Shown here: in pieces, positions 48,604-61,100 of the stretch
How the letters are laid out: the number at the start of each line of letters is the position of its first letter
Position numbering within the stretch: position 1 is the first letter of the stretch
Assembly: GCF_003918875.1 (NCBI RefSeq)
Contig: NW_025765725.1
Location: 1,426,001 to 1,490,000, forward strand
From: Haliotis rubra
Lineage: Eukaryota
Reading direction: 5' to 3'
Length of the DNA stretch: 64,000 bases
Program-made: the position numbers and the translations under genes
Notes under the pieces: generated by a model
Database searches by the model: none
What the model saw: the letters and a program-made list of their open reading frames with translations, nothing else
What the model was told of the DNA's origin: nothing

Positions 48604-49737
48604 ATGGATCAGTTTGACTTGTTTTCACTATCCAACGCTGGTTTCTCATCCAGTGAGCAGCCTGGTAATTTGAATCAGACGCATGTTATTCCTCCTGTGT
48701 CTGTAGCTACACGTCCAATGCAGTTTGTTACGTCCACACCTAATGTTCTTCCAGTAAATAGAGAGGATGAAGGTTGGGGGGTTGGAGTAGATATTGGAGT
48801 AGCTAACTCACAGAGTGCGACAGCGACTGGTTCAGTCCAACCGCCATTTCCGGGTTTGAATCTTGGTCGGATGGAGGATAGTGCAGCGTTTGATAGTGGA
48901 AGGATAGATAGTAGGTCCGTTCGTTTCAATTTAGCAAGTCGGCATTTGGGAAACCTTAACCAAGACATGATGGGTATCCCGTCAGCTAGTCTGGGTTTGG
49001 ACCCAAGGCCACTTATACCACAGCCTTTAGGTTCAGGATCGGCTGGAAATGAGACATATCATAGCGATCCAGCTGGATCTTTGCTTGCTAGTGGGTCATC
49101 TCAACTCTCACGAAGGGAAGTTAGACCTGATTGTTTTGATGGGAAATCTTGTGACTGGCAGGATTATGTGGTACACTTTGAACAGGTTGCCAATTGGAAT
49201 AGGTGGTCTGATAGCGAGAGAGCTCAACAATTGACAATGTGTCTCAGAGGTGATGCTCAGAGGTTACTCAGTAGCTTAACTATGGGTCAGCTCAATAGTT
49301 ATTCTGCCGTTAAGAACGTTCTGACACAAAAGTTTAATCCTAGAGAACGGTGTTTAGCTTACAGGAGTGAGTTTAGAAATCGTAAACAAGGCAGGGATGA
49401 ATCGGTCACTGATTATGGGTGTCAGCTAAGGAGGTTAGCACATCTGGCATATCCAGATATTCCATACGTGTCCATGGAGGTTCATTTGATCGACCAATTT
49501 TTGACTGGGTTGATAAACTTTAACATGAAGAAACATATTGCTTTCTCGCACCCTAGGACTTTAGACCAAGCTGTAGCATATGGTATTGAGTTTGAGGCAG
49601 TGGATGGTAGTCGGGGTCGGGAGCCAGATCATGTTGAAAGAATAGCTGTTGTCAATTCTACTTTACAGTCGGGTAGGGAAGAACCGTCCAGACTGCAGGT
49701 ACTTCTACCAGTTACATTTCCTTACAGGAGGAGTTAA
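48604..49737 (+). CDS. gag: Gypsy Gag capsid-like protein (about 377 aa)
   Basis: PDCFDGK..DWQDY..HFEQVA.WN.W...L...LRGDA...F...RKQ..DESV.DY...L..LA..AYP...DQFL.GL...P.TLDQAV; no Zn knuckle or protease downstream. Confidence 0.85.
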   Translation: MDQFDLFSLSNAGFSSSEQPGNLNQTHVIPPVSVATRPMQFVTSTPNVLPVNREDEGWGVGVDIGVANSQSATATGSVQPPFPGLNLGRMEDSAAFDSGRIDSRSVRFNLASRHLGNLNQDMMGIPSASLGLDPRPLIPQPLGSGSAGNETYHSDPAGSLLASGSSQLSRREVRPDCFDGKSCDWQDYVVHFEQVANWNRWSDSERAQQLTMCLRGDAQRLLSSLTMGQLNSYSAVKNVLTQKFNPRERCLAYRSEFRNRKQGRDESVTDYGCQLRRLAHLAYPDIPYVSMEVHLIDQFLTGLINFNMKKHIAFSHPRTLDQAVAYGIEFEAVDGSRGREPDHVERIAVVNSTLQSGREEPSRLQVLLPVTFPYRRS

Positions 49738-51779
49738 ATGACAGTATTTCAAGTATGGGGGAAGAAGAAAGAGAATCTCCAGTTCCTGTTACCAGGACAA
49801 GGACTGGGAGGGTAGTTAGACCCCGTTGTAGATAATCGCCCTGAATGAATGACAATGGGACCTTAAGCTAGACCAAGAAGTTTAGTTACATTTTATTCAT
49901 TTTTCCAAATGTTATTCAATTTCGTTCTTTTATCCAGCGAAATATTTAGCAAACTACATTCAGACATGGAAATCCATGCAGATGAGAGAGAGTTAACTGA
50001 ATTCCTAGAACAGGAGGTACATTTGTCCAGGAGACAATGTTCTGCCACGTCGCTCAGCTCCGGAGACATCCCGCACCCTTTCAGAAGATCGTGTCGCTGC
50101 CAGGGAAGAGGCTCTCCGACGTTGAAGAGCCATGCCCCGCCATCCAAGTCGTGAGGAGCAGGAGGAGGAGGACCAGGAGACCCTCAGATCTATGCCCCCT
50201 GGATATTGGGACTTGTAATATCCTGGAATGTAACTTCCCAGACCGCAACTCTTTTCGCATTTTTCGCATTTCTTGTTGTTATATTTTGTTGTGTCATTAA
50301 ATGATTTGTATTTGTTAATAATTTGCCATTTTCCCTTTTTGTTTTTTTTCAAGGGATAAAGTAATTTCGGGGAAATAACTATTTAAGGGGGGAGGAATGT
50401 AGGAAAACTGGGTTAAGTTATAGCGTAGGCACTGGGGCAGGGGCTTCATAACACTATACGTACCACATGTAGAATAACTGTCTACCAGATAGTCTTGTAG
50501 CACATTGTTTCACTTGCACTACTACGGGACAACTTCTTGACCGGGGTTACCGTTCATCGTAGCGCTAGGTACATTGGGTAGGCCACGTGGTTGGTGCTAA
50601 ATATGTTGGGTAGGCTCTGATTGGCGGAGATGTCCGTCATCAGTAGGTGAACTTTGACCTATTTCAGAGGTCGTTCTAGAGCGCTATATAAGTGACCTGG
50701 CTCTCTGGATTCAGTGTCTAGCTTTCAGTCATCCGAGCATCAGGTAATATCTCTGTCCCGAGGTCCTGTTTCAGGATCATTCCCTCCCCTTTTGCAGAGT
50801 CGAATGTTAGGTTTTATGTAGGGGATGCTAAGTTCGTGTTAGGTCGGGTTGGGGGAAAAGTAGAAGTTGGAAACGGAATAAGTATTAAGCTTTAGACTTT
50901 GGGTAATGTCCAGTTAAACGGGGTTGGTTTGGGGTGGCTTTTCAGAAGAAGTTTTTCTATGGATTGTTGAGATGGGGAAGTTAGGTTCTTGTTAAACTAG
51001 TGTTAGGTCGGGTTGGGGGAGAATTAGGAGTAGGAAACGGAATAGGAATTAGGTTATAGACTTTGGGTAATGTCCAGTTAGACGGGGTTGGTTTCGGGAG
51101 GTTCTATTTTGAAGAGGTTATTGGAGTTCGATGTTTTTCCTCACGAAGCTGGTATTTTTAAACTTAATTATGTGAGTGAGAAAGAAGTGTAGTTTACAGA
51201 CTGTTAAGCTTTTGTTGTCTTTTGTAATAAATTATTATCAGTGTTATCTTGTGTCTGCTATTTCCCAATAGGCTTTATGCCCGATTTACGAACTGGTCAC
51301 TGAGTTTTGAGTAGAGAACAGATTAACCCGAACGCACCCCTATAAAAATAAAAGTACACAACACAAAGTCCAAACAAGGTTGATTAAACATCATGTTCCT
51401 ACACACTATGTAACTTAACTCAGCTGTCACTGGCCGTGATTGTCTACTGAGAACCACGCCTATTACATGTGTAGGAATTGTGAAATGGTCACTACCCCAG
51501 GAACCCAATATCCCATAAGCAGTCGTGGCCTAGTTGAGAGTTTATTAATGAGAGATCAATTGCTGTGTATTGGTTTTTGATTAAGCTGTGCCATGTGGCT
51601 TGACCCTGGTTTAAAATGATGAAATCATTGTTTTCTGTCCATTTTACCATTATAGTGCCTCTTGTACAGGTGGTGCATCCTCTCCCAAAAATGCCACTGT
51701 GGGCATTGAAGTCTCCTGCTATATGGGTGCTGCTTGTAACGTATTTGTTGAAGACATTTAAATGTTCAATTGTTGTGTT

Positions 51780-51961
51780 NNNNNNNNNNNNNNNNNNNNN
51801 NNNNNNNNNNNNNNNNNNNNNNNNNNNNNNNNNNNNNNNNNNNNNNNNNNNNNNNNNNNNNNNNNNNNNNNNNNNNNNNNNNNNNNNNNNNNNNNNNNNN
51901 NNNNNNNNNNNNNNNNNNNNNNNNNNNNNNNNNNNNNNNNNNNNNNNNNNNNNNNNNNNNN
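51780..51961. other. Assembly gap (182 N)
   Basis: Run of N. Confidence 1.
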
Positions 51962-54741
51962 AAATACATATATAAAAATATGAATGCAAGCAAACATTTA
52001 AAGTGATGATATGTATGCATTTGATATGCCATATTATCGACTTCGGGAGTAATAGCCTGGTCTTTTAACTCCTTGAAGGTTGGAGTGTGATACAGTGATA
52101 TTTACTGCCTACTTAAACCGTTTGAGTGTTTTTGTATTTATTCTGAGATTTTGTGCTAGTCTGAAGATTGTAAGGATATTTCCTTCCAAGGTTTGTAGAT
52201 TTAGACGGGGTTGGGGGTGGTGAGTGGTGTGGATGTAAGTGCCACTTGCGTAATGAATTCAACCAAAGTATTGAAGTTTGGTTGGTTCTGGTGCTGTCAT
52301 CTATACTTTGGTACAAGTCATTTGACTGATTGTTTTGGTTTTATTTTGAGTAGTTTAGTCGTCTTGCAGCTTAAGATTTGTTTGTGTTTTCCATTTTTTT
52401 TTTTTTTTTTTTTGCGGGGGTGTATTTTGTTTTTCTTTGTAAGTGCTGGAAGCTGAGGTTTGAAACTGGTTGAAGTTTACCTTTTTTCTGATTTCTCTAG
52501 TTGTACCAGAGATTTTTCAAACTCAGAGAGAAGTTTGATGTTTTGTTTGTTTTTCCCTGGAGTCATTTAGAGAAAGATCCATTTTAGATAGTACCGTGTT
52601 ACTGTTTGGAGTTGAGGAGTTTGGTCTTTACCGACTTAGATCAATAGACTGATTGTGTCTATCTTGTGTATGGGTTTTATGATGGTTGTTGTTTGCCTGT
52701 TTAGCGTATTTGGTTGTCTTGGTTACACGTCTGTTGAGTTCAGCTGTGAGCTTTTGTTTATATCGATACTTATGGGAAAGTGAGCTATGTCCTGATATCC
52801 GGCAATTAATGCAGTAAAGACGAGCTTTAGATTTATCAAATGTATGGTTATTTCTGCCGCATTTAGTGCAATGTTGGTTTTCTGTACAAGCTGTTTGAGT
52901 ATGGTCATATTGGAGACACTTTGTACTTTGTGTAGCTTTTGTAGGTGAGGTTCTACCTGAGGTCAATGATGCCAGCAAATGGTATATTTGTTTTTGTTTT
53001 GACATGATTCAGTTAGCAAAAAAAAAATCGGGTTTGTGTTTTGTTGTTGGCTGTTTGGACGAGAGAATCTAGTTGTTGTTGTTGTTGTTGTGTTATTATT
53101 GGGTGTAGTTGTATAACCCCTTTTATTTGTTGAGTCCAGTTATGTGTTACAACTTTAACTCGAATGTTTCTGATTTTGTTGATTGCTTTGTAGTTTGGTG
53201 CATAAGCTTTTCTGTGTGAAGTGGATGAGATATCCATGATCACATCTTTTAAGTTTTGCAGGTGGTACTCCATTCTGGCTAAGACCCACACCCACCTGGA
53301 CTACTGTTAAGGTTTGAGATAGGCTTATGTCCTTCAGTGTACTCACAATGAGTAATTGTATGTGGTTTACGGGTTTGTTGTGGTTTAGATGTTCCTTAGT
53401 GATATTGACAGAAGTGTCAGAAGATACTGATGTATCTGTAAGGGTATGATTACTTATTTCTTATCTTTTGTTGCTTGGTCTTGTTACTTGGGTGATGAGT
53501 CTCTGGTTTAGTTTTAACATTACTGAATGTCCAGAAGTCTTGATCTTGGTCTGGAAAATTGAGTTGTGCTTGGCTTTTATAGGTTTGGATATCTTGTAGA
53601 CGTTGTGATAAATCTAGGAGATTGGTGGACTTTGAAGCCCCAGGGCTATTCATTTTGGGTACATGGTATACTTTCGTGGCTATGAAGAGTAAACTATAAG
53701 GATGAGAGTATAAAAACACCTGAGGTTGCTGTATGAATATTTTGTTTAGTTTGTTTAACAATACATGTTAAACAATATTTTGTATTTTTTTCAGTCGAAC
53801 GTAATGGTTATTAGGTGAACGTAGTTTAATATATGAGGGAGTATAGTATTTTATACTGCCAGCAAATTTAAGCTGTATGAGGTACATTATGCTGGGAAGG
53901 AGACGCCTATAAAAAATATAATGGTATCACAAAAGGCAATTATTGTGCCAATTGTATAAATAGTGTATTAGATGATAAAAGAGTGGCAGGATTGCAGTTT
54001 GCCAAAGCAAGATTGCTAAAACTAAAGCCCAGTATAATATGTTGATACCCACAGGGTGGGGAAGTTTGCAATATGCCAAAAGCACAATTGCTAATACGAA
54101 AGCCCAGTGTGGTATATAGGCTAAGCAGTGTGATTTATGTTTAAATATTGTATAAAATATCATACGGCACCAACTGTGTATGGGACAATAATGTTGAGAT
54201 GTCGAAACGCCTTTGTAGCACGTACTAAGTACTGGGGATTTGCACATAGCCGGCAAGCCGAGCCACGCAACTGTGCAGCCCAAGTAAAAGGGCAAAAAAG
54301 GTCACAATGTGCCAAAGCACAGTAAATACCAACCCATATAATAGAAATAAAAGCCTATGAATGATACTAGATATCCCTGGTGCTTCGTTTCGAGGGAAGT
54401 AAACCTAAGTACAAAATATTGCACTTTTGATTTGCGATTGTACCCTTATAATTGTGTTTATTTGTTGTTGTTGTATTTTCATAATCAGCAATGCATATTA
54501 TATATCATGAATAAATGATAATTGTGTTTTTATTTATATATTTATTTATTTATTTTATTTTTTTTTTTTTTTATTATTATTATTTTTATTTTTTTTTGGG
54601 GGGGGTGCATCTAAGCTTTAAACCACTAATGACAGAGCTGTGCTCTACATATTATACACAGGGATACGTGAGTGTTCTGGCATATCAAGTGGTTATCAAA
54701 CGACCTTCAACCTTTATTACGTTGTGATAACACAGTAGATA

Positions 54742-56041
54742 CAGTACAACCAGAAATTATTGAGAATTTAAAGATTGTAATTTTTTTTTTGTTTTCACTC
54801 ATTACTCACGTATTAAATGTGAATATTAGCAGAACATAACTCCAGATTCAAAGACAGGTGATCAGTTAGTATTTTGTCAAGTCACCATGGGCAGCAATGC
54901 AGGCTTCACTGCGGCTGGGCATACTACTGATCAAAGAAGTTAGAAAGTCGTGGTCCATGCTGTCCCAATATCGGACCACCTCTTCTTTCATTTCAGCAAT
55001 ATTTGTCAGATTTTTCTTATTGACACTTTCCTTCATAAGTCCCCAAACATTTTCTATTGGATTTAGGTCAGCGCTATAGCTTGGCCAATCTAATAATATC
55101 ATATTTTGGGTCCGAAACCAAGCCTGTGAATGCTTTGAACGATGTTTTGGGTCGTTGTGCTGCTGGAAAATCCACAAATTTCCATAGAACACGTGAGCAG
55201 ATGGAAGTAAATGTCCTTCGAGAATATCTGTGTACCGCTCACTGTTCATATTCCCTTCAAATACACAGAGGGGCGTTGCCCCTAACACAGATATGCCACC
55301 CCACACGTTAAATTTCGGACTGTACTTTGGGCGCTGATACAAAGGTTTTTCAGTTTGTTTGGTCCAGAATTTCAGTGTATTTGGAAACAGCCACACAGAA
55401 CTTTCATCTGAGAAAATCACATTGTCCCAGTTAAAATTTCTATGTTGTAAGCACCAGTTCAACCTTCGCTCCTTTTGTTCAGGTTTCATGATCGGTGGTG
55501 GAATTCCTCGACTTTTCTACCATTCCATTGCATGCAGCTCAGTTCTAGCTGTCTCCTTACAGACAGCCACAGTTCCTCTATCAATCATATCCAGCCTTAA
55601 GTTTTCTAAACTCCTTCGTTTGTTTTTAGAAACAAGAATACTCAAACTGCCTCCTGTCACCGACAGTCAATTTTCTGGGCCTACCTGCGCCTCCCTGGTG
55701 CTCAATGCCATATCCATTTGCAATATTTTTCAAAACACGATAAACAGTGAACAAAGGGATGCCTGTTCTACTTGAAATCACTTTAGCTGATCTGATGTCC
55801 TTGTTATAATACTCTAAAATCAACTTCCTCTTCTCTAAATCATCCATACTGAGGATCACTGAAAATGTCGTCTGCTAGCAAGTAAACAAAGGGGGATGAC
55901 TCTTCACAAACTAATGAAGAAGGATTAACGGAGTTGTCGCTCTTCAATGAAACCAAGCACTTGATAGCTGGTCAAGGTTGTTTATACTAGAAATCCAATT
56001 AAACATATTCCTAAAATTCTCAATGATTTCTGGTCATACTA
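54742..56041 (-). mobile_element. Full-length but inactive Tc1 (DD34E) transposon
   Basis: 28-bp imperfect TIRs, TA TSD (54740-41, 56042-43). Transposase split by frameshift (55859-55626 HTH/GRPR; 55489-54866 FSDES, QQHNDPKH with the second D changed to H, DLNPIEN 34 residues later). Confidence 0.95.
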
Positions 56042-56163
56042 TATAAACCTGTACCTCACGACGCCCTGTCACTCACAGAAAACGTCGACCCATACCGAGA
56101 GCTTTGTGTATACATTACTCTGGCGGAGTCGGACATCTCACGGATTTTTATACAGTTCACAAG

Positions 56164-57474
56164 ATGGTCGAGTTCAAATGCATGTTAGGGTTGCTGACAT
56201 CTATCTCCCTAAGCTGTTTATTGCTGTGGCCAGGACAATATGGTGTCTGTCCTTAACAAACTGGAACAGTTTGATCAGGATCTGCTTGATAATAAGATGG
56301 ATATGCTCGCTATGGAGAAAAGGATACTAAACACCATAGAGTCTCTTCAAGACAGGGTAAAATGTCAAGTCTCTGACTTGCAGCATCTGAAACATGGCTA
56401 CGATCAGATGAAGAGGCAGTTGTATCATGTCTCAAGATCATTCAAAGATGTCCAGGACGACACGACCGTATTTCACGAATCACTCCTGATGACGACAGAC
56501 GTGTGGAATCAAGATAACTCAAGTGGTATCTGTGTCAGAGAGAAATACAGACTGGAAATAGACCTACAAAAGTGCGATGTTGCCACTGTCAGTCTGAAAG
56601 CTGACATCAAGCGATGTTCGACATTGAAGGAGACATGTCAGTCACAAATGTCAAACCTGATAACAAATGTCACGGTGTCTCCTTCTAACCCCGCTCCTCT
56701 AAATGTCACATCAACCTCCAGGACATCTGTGTCAACGACACCCAGACCAGAGGAGGAGAAAAGTAGGATTTTGATAGCTCTAACCTGGTCAAGTAAACCA
56801 CATCAGTTCCGTAAACTCAGCATTCATAGCAACACAGTTAGAGCCTATCCTTCCCACACCATGAAGCTGGTGAGATCCCTTGCCTACATTGCAGAGACAA
56901 ACAAATTTCTGATATGGCTACGCTTTCCTGATAAGATAGTGTCATCTACCCTGGATACACATCACGTGACGGTATTAAGAGAACGAGTACATACAAATGG
57001 CATGGCAGTGGATGAAGATCGGGACATCGTGTTCATGTCCACATCTAAACCACGACTCTCAATCAGCCGCATGTCTACACAGGGGAAAGATTTCACTACC
57101 GTCATTAACTTATCCAAGTACGGTAGTGATCCAAGGCAAATAACTCTTGACACAAAGAGGAGAAGGGTATATGGGTGTCATAACAAGAAACTGTTCACTG
57201 TGACATGTGATGGTCAAGGTCTGACAACATTAACCACAGCAAGCCAACTGTATGCTTTGGCCCTAGATCAGACAGCAGGTGTGTTGTACTATGGTCTACA
57301 CAAGAAACTGATGAACTCTGTAATATGATACTGTATAGAGGCACCATCTACTATAGTGGCTGGATTTTTCCTATTGTAGGTGCAGTTAATGTGACACATA
57401 ACACTGTTGCAAATACTCTCCAGTCAGTCACAATGAAGGGGACTAATATTGTCTGTATGTGTTTGATGCCCTAA
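56164..57474 (+). pseudogene. Intronless secreted coiled-coil + Ser/Thr linker + YWTD/LDLR-B-like beta-propeller gene, copy 2 (frameshifted)
   Basis: ATG 56164 signal peptide is 1 nt out of frame with ORF 56240-57328. Propeller blades GMAVDEDRDIVF, PRQITLDTKRRRVY, ALALDQTAGVLYY. A further blade LYRGTIYYSGW...MCLMP* continues in another frame to 57474; AATAAA at about 57680. Confidence 0.78.
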
Positions 57475-57993
57475 ATTTATCAATCGTGTCATCTGTATTC
57501 CGATCTCAACAAACCTAGGAAACTAATTTTAAGATTACATATTTCACATTGTGCTTAGCCTAAGCAATGTTAGTTTATTGTGAGGTTATATTAAAAAATA
57601 TCCTTTATTAGTTCTGTTACTTCTATCTGTGCATATATAGCATGTAGCCTATGTTGCAATGTTAGTTTCCTGTTTTATCAATAAATATCTTTTTACAGTT
57701 CTGTTGCTTCTAACTGTGCTTCCAACTTACACAAAATAATGCTTCATCACCAATTACATCAGCTAATCTTCATGTATTTTGAAGCAGAGTAGACAATAGC
57801 ATGTTTTCTTTGTAATAGGCTTTAATGTAAAGTGACGATAGATCACTATGGTTTCAATATAGCCCCATTTCACTTGTGGATTCAACAAGTAGTTATCATT
57901 TGATGGGATATCAGACCTGTGGGTAATAGGATTAAATGTAGAGTAGTGAACATCTGTGAAGAAACTTCTAAACCGTCAACACCAGATAAAAAA

Positions 57994-58175
57994 NNNNNNN
58001 NNNNNNNNNNNNNNNNNNNNNNNNNNNNNNNNNNNNNNNNNNNNNNNNNNNNNNNNNNNNNNNNNNNNNNNNNNNNNNNNNNNNNNNNNNNNNNNNNNNN
58101 NNNNNNNNNNNNNNNNNNNNNNNNNNNNNNNNNNNNNNNNNNNNNNNNNNNNNNNNNNNNNNNNNNNNNNNNNNN
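57994..58175. other. Assembly gap (182 N)
   Basis: Run of N. Confidence 1.
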
Positions 58176-61100
58176 TCATGTAATACCTACTTGGGTGTCC
58201 CACTTCTTTTGCATCAGATCACGGATGTAGGTTCTAAGGCTAGCTTTGTAATCGGAGTATGGAATAAGAAGAGGTGTCACAAATGTGTTCAGTGCTGCCT
58301 TAGCAGCAAGATCAGCCAGAGTATTTCCAGAAATGCCCACGTGGCTGGGTAACCAACAGAGAACGATGTCGCATTGGCCAGTAGCAAGCTCATTATACAA
58401 TTCAATAATTTCTAATAAAAGTGGATGTTTACAAGAAGGATTTTTAATAGCCTGAAGACACGAAAGAGAATCGGAAAAGATGATGTATTGTTCATATTTA
58501 CGGTGTTTATTAATATATTTAAGAGCTGTTAATATGGCGTTAGCTTCTGCTGTGAAAATAGAGCTATCATTTGGTAGTCGAGAAGATATTGTTCTGGAAC
58601 CAAGGACAGTGGCACATGCCACCGCGCCACCATCCTTGCACTCATCTGTAAATAAGGATTTGTATGTATTATATTTAGTTTTTAATTGATTATATTCTTG
58701 TTTATATTGTAGTTCATTAGTTTCAGATTTCTTAGACTTTGTCAGAATGAGGTCAACATCAGGCCTCACCAGTTGCCAAGGAGGAGAAGAAAGAAGACGG
58801 GAAGGAGATATATTTTCCAGCTCAATGCCGGCAGCAGAAATGGATGGCTTAATTCTGTGCCCAAGAGGCGGAACAAGAGAAGGTTTTTTGTTGTATAAAT
58901 CCTCATATAGGGAATTAAAGACACAGTTATATGCAGGGTTAGATTTGTTAGAGTACAGTTTGGTAATATACTGTAATGATAATTTGATACGGCGTTGTGC
59001 AAGGGATGGCTCTTCTGCTTCGACGTAGAGGCTGTCAACAGGTGAAGTTCTAAAAGAGCCAAGACATAGTCTTAGACGTTGGTGGTGGACAGAATCAAGT
59101 AGTTTTAGGTTGCTTTTGCAGGCTCCACCATATACGATGGAGCCATAATCAAGCTTCGAGCGGACCAGTGATGTATATAGGTGAAGGAGGGTAGCTTGAT
59201 CCCCTCCCCACTTTGAATTAGAAACAACTTTCAATAAATCGAGTGCCTTCAGGCATTTATTTTTCAAGGATTTGATATGTGGAAGAAAAGTTAAATGGGA
59301 GCCGAAAATTAGTCCCAAGAACTTGGCCTCCTTCACAACTTTGATGGGAGTGCCATTTAAAAATAATTCCGGGTCCTTATGCGGCTTATATTTTCTACAG
59401 AAGTGTAGACAATTAGTTGACGATTTTGAAAAAAAAGCCGTTTTCAAGACACCATGTATCTATTTTGTTAAAGCATAACTGCAGTTGCCGTTCAATAGTA
59501 TGCATTCTTTTACCACGACAGGAAACATTAAAATCATCCACAAATAACGATCCATCTATTGAATCGTTTAAAACTTTTGATAAACTATTTATCTTTATAC
59601 TAAAGAGTGTGACAGACAAAATACTGCCTTGTGGGACACCCTGATCCTGATTGTAATGATCAGACAGGGTAGAACCCACACGGACTTGAAATTGTCTGCC
59701 ATTTAAAAAGTTGGCTATAAATTGAGGCAAACGGCCTCGCAATCCGAAGCCATGTAAATCTCTTAAAATGTCATATTTCCACGTAGTGTCATATGCTTTT
59801 TCAAGATCAAAAACGATAGACACAGCGTGTTGTTTATTAATTAGAGCGTTTTTAACAAAGGATTCCAAACGCACTAAGTGATCGACAGTACTTCTGTTTT
59901 TACGGAAACCCCATTGTATATATGTTATGAGGTTATTTGTTTCCAATTACCAAACAAGTCGATTATTTATTATGCGTTCCATGTTTTTGCAAACACAGCT
60001 AGTTAGTGAAATTGGTCGATAATTTGACGGATCCGTATGATCACGTCCAGGTTTAGGTATTGGTACTACTATAGCGTCACGCCATGAGGGAGGAAATTTA
60101 CCTGACGTCCAAATATCATCCAAAATATTTAAAAGAGTCTCTAGAGAGGATTTTGGTAAGTGCTTCAGGAGTTGATAATGTATGTTATCAGCTCCTGTAG
60201 CAGTATCGTGAGCCTGTTCAAGAGCAATATGGAGCTCGAATAGAAAATAGTTCATTATAATCTTCCCCATTATCTGAATTGAAATTCATAGTTTTCTTTT
60301 TCTTGTTGTTTTTTATATTGTTGCTATTTAGGCACATAATTAGAAGAGGAAGAATGTTTAGCAAGAGTTTCACTAAGTTTATTCACAATATCTGATTTAT
60401 CGGTTAGTAATTGATCTCCATGTTTAAGATGATGGACGCTAGATTTTGAACCTTTACCTTTAATTTTCTGGACCATGTTCCATACCTTGGACATGGGCGT
60501 TCGAGAATCTATTTTGGAGACATAATTTTGCCAAGATTGGCGTTTATTCTGTTTAAAGTTACGCCGCGCTTTAGCATTTATAATTTTAAATTTATTTAAA
60601 TTATGCACCATAGGGTGGCGACGGAAATACTGTTCTGCTTTTTTCCTTGCCTTCCTAGCTTGTTTGCACTCATCGTTGAACCAAGGTTTTCGAATATGTG
60701 GAATTGCTGAGGACTTTGGTATACACTCATCAGCTCTGATGTTCAGTTTATCAGAAAAAAACCCATTTGATAGCATCAGGAACATCAACAAAAAAGTCAG
60801 GTTTAAGTTTCGTAACACACTGCAGTTCATACAGAGGCCAGTTAGCCTTTCCAAAATTCCATCTTGATGATGAAGGAACATCAGATGGGGTTACAGGTTT
60901 TAGTAAAGTAGGAAAATGGTCACTTCCACAGAGGTCATCGTGAGCTGACCATTCAAATTTATTCAGTAAGCTGGAGTCAGTTATTGACATATCAAGAGCT
61001 GAATATGTTCCTGTGCCAGGATGTAAATATGTATTTATATCATCATTACATATACATAAATTATTATTCGAAATGAAATCCTCCAAAACTTGACCTTTTG

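Larger units (their letters stand above)
47940..51467 (+). mobile_element. Non-autonomous Gypsy-type LTR retrotransposon (gag only)
   Basis: LTRs TG...CA at 47940-48439 and 50398-51467; 4-bp TSD tgtg; PBS at 48444; PPT aaggggggaggaa at 50385-50397. Confidence 0.93.
46226..54330 (-). mobile_element. Decayed I/Nimb-like LINE, split by the Gypsy element and an N gap
   Basis: ORF1 Zn knuckles (CLQYDH...CTKCGRNNH...CINC..SGH), APE (AGDFNAH, IDLSL, GSDHF), RT start (YRPISLTS, QSGFRK); tail tttaacgtcgc at about 46236. The ends are approximate. Confidence 0.75.
45307..54617. mobile_element. TTAA-flanked non-autonomous DNA transposon (Kolobok-like) carrying nested retroelements
   Basis: TTAA at 45303-06 and 54618-21; degenerate TIRs ggccacatgca / tgcatctaagct (RR...YY ends). 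The joined flanks gtgagatgctttaaaccactaatga match the paralogous empty site gtgacatacttcaatcactaatga at 7202-7225. Confidence 0.6.

Noticed and set aside
51492-52032. ORFs containing X runs (also 57919-58230)
   Set aside because: Artefacts of two fixed-length 182-N scaffold gaps; adjacency across them is unverified.
58480-60867. Plus-strand ORFs overlapping the Nimb LINE
   Set aside because: Antisense shadows of ORF2 with no independent motifs.
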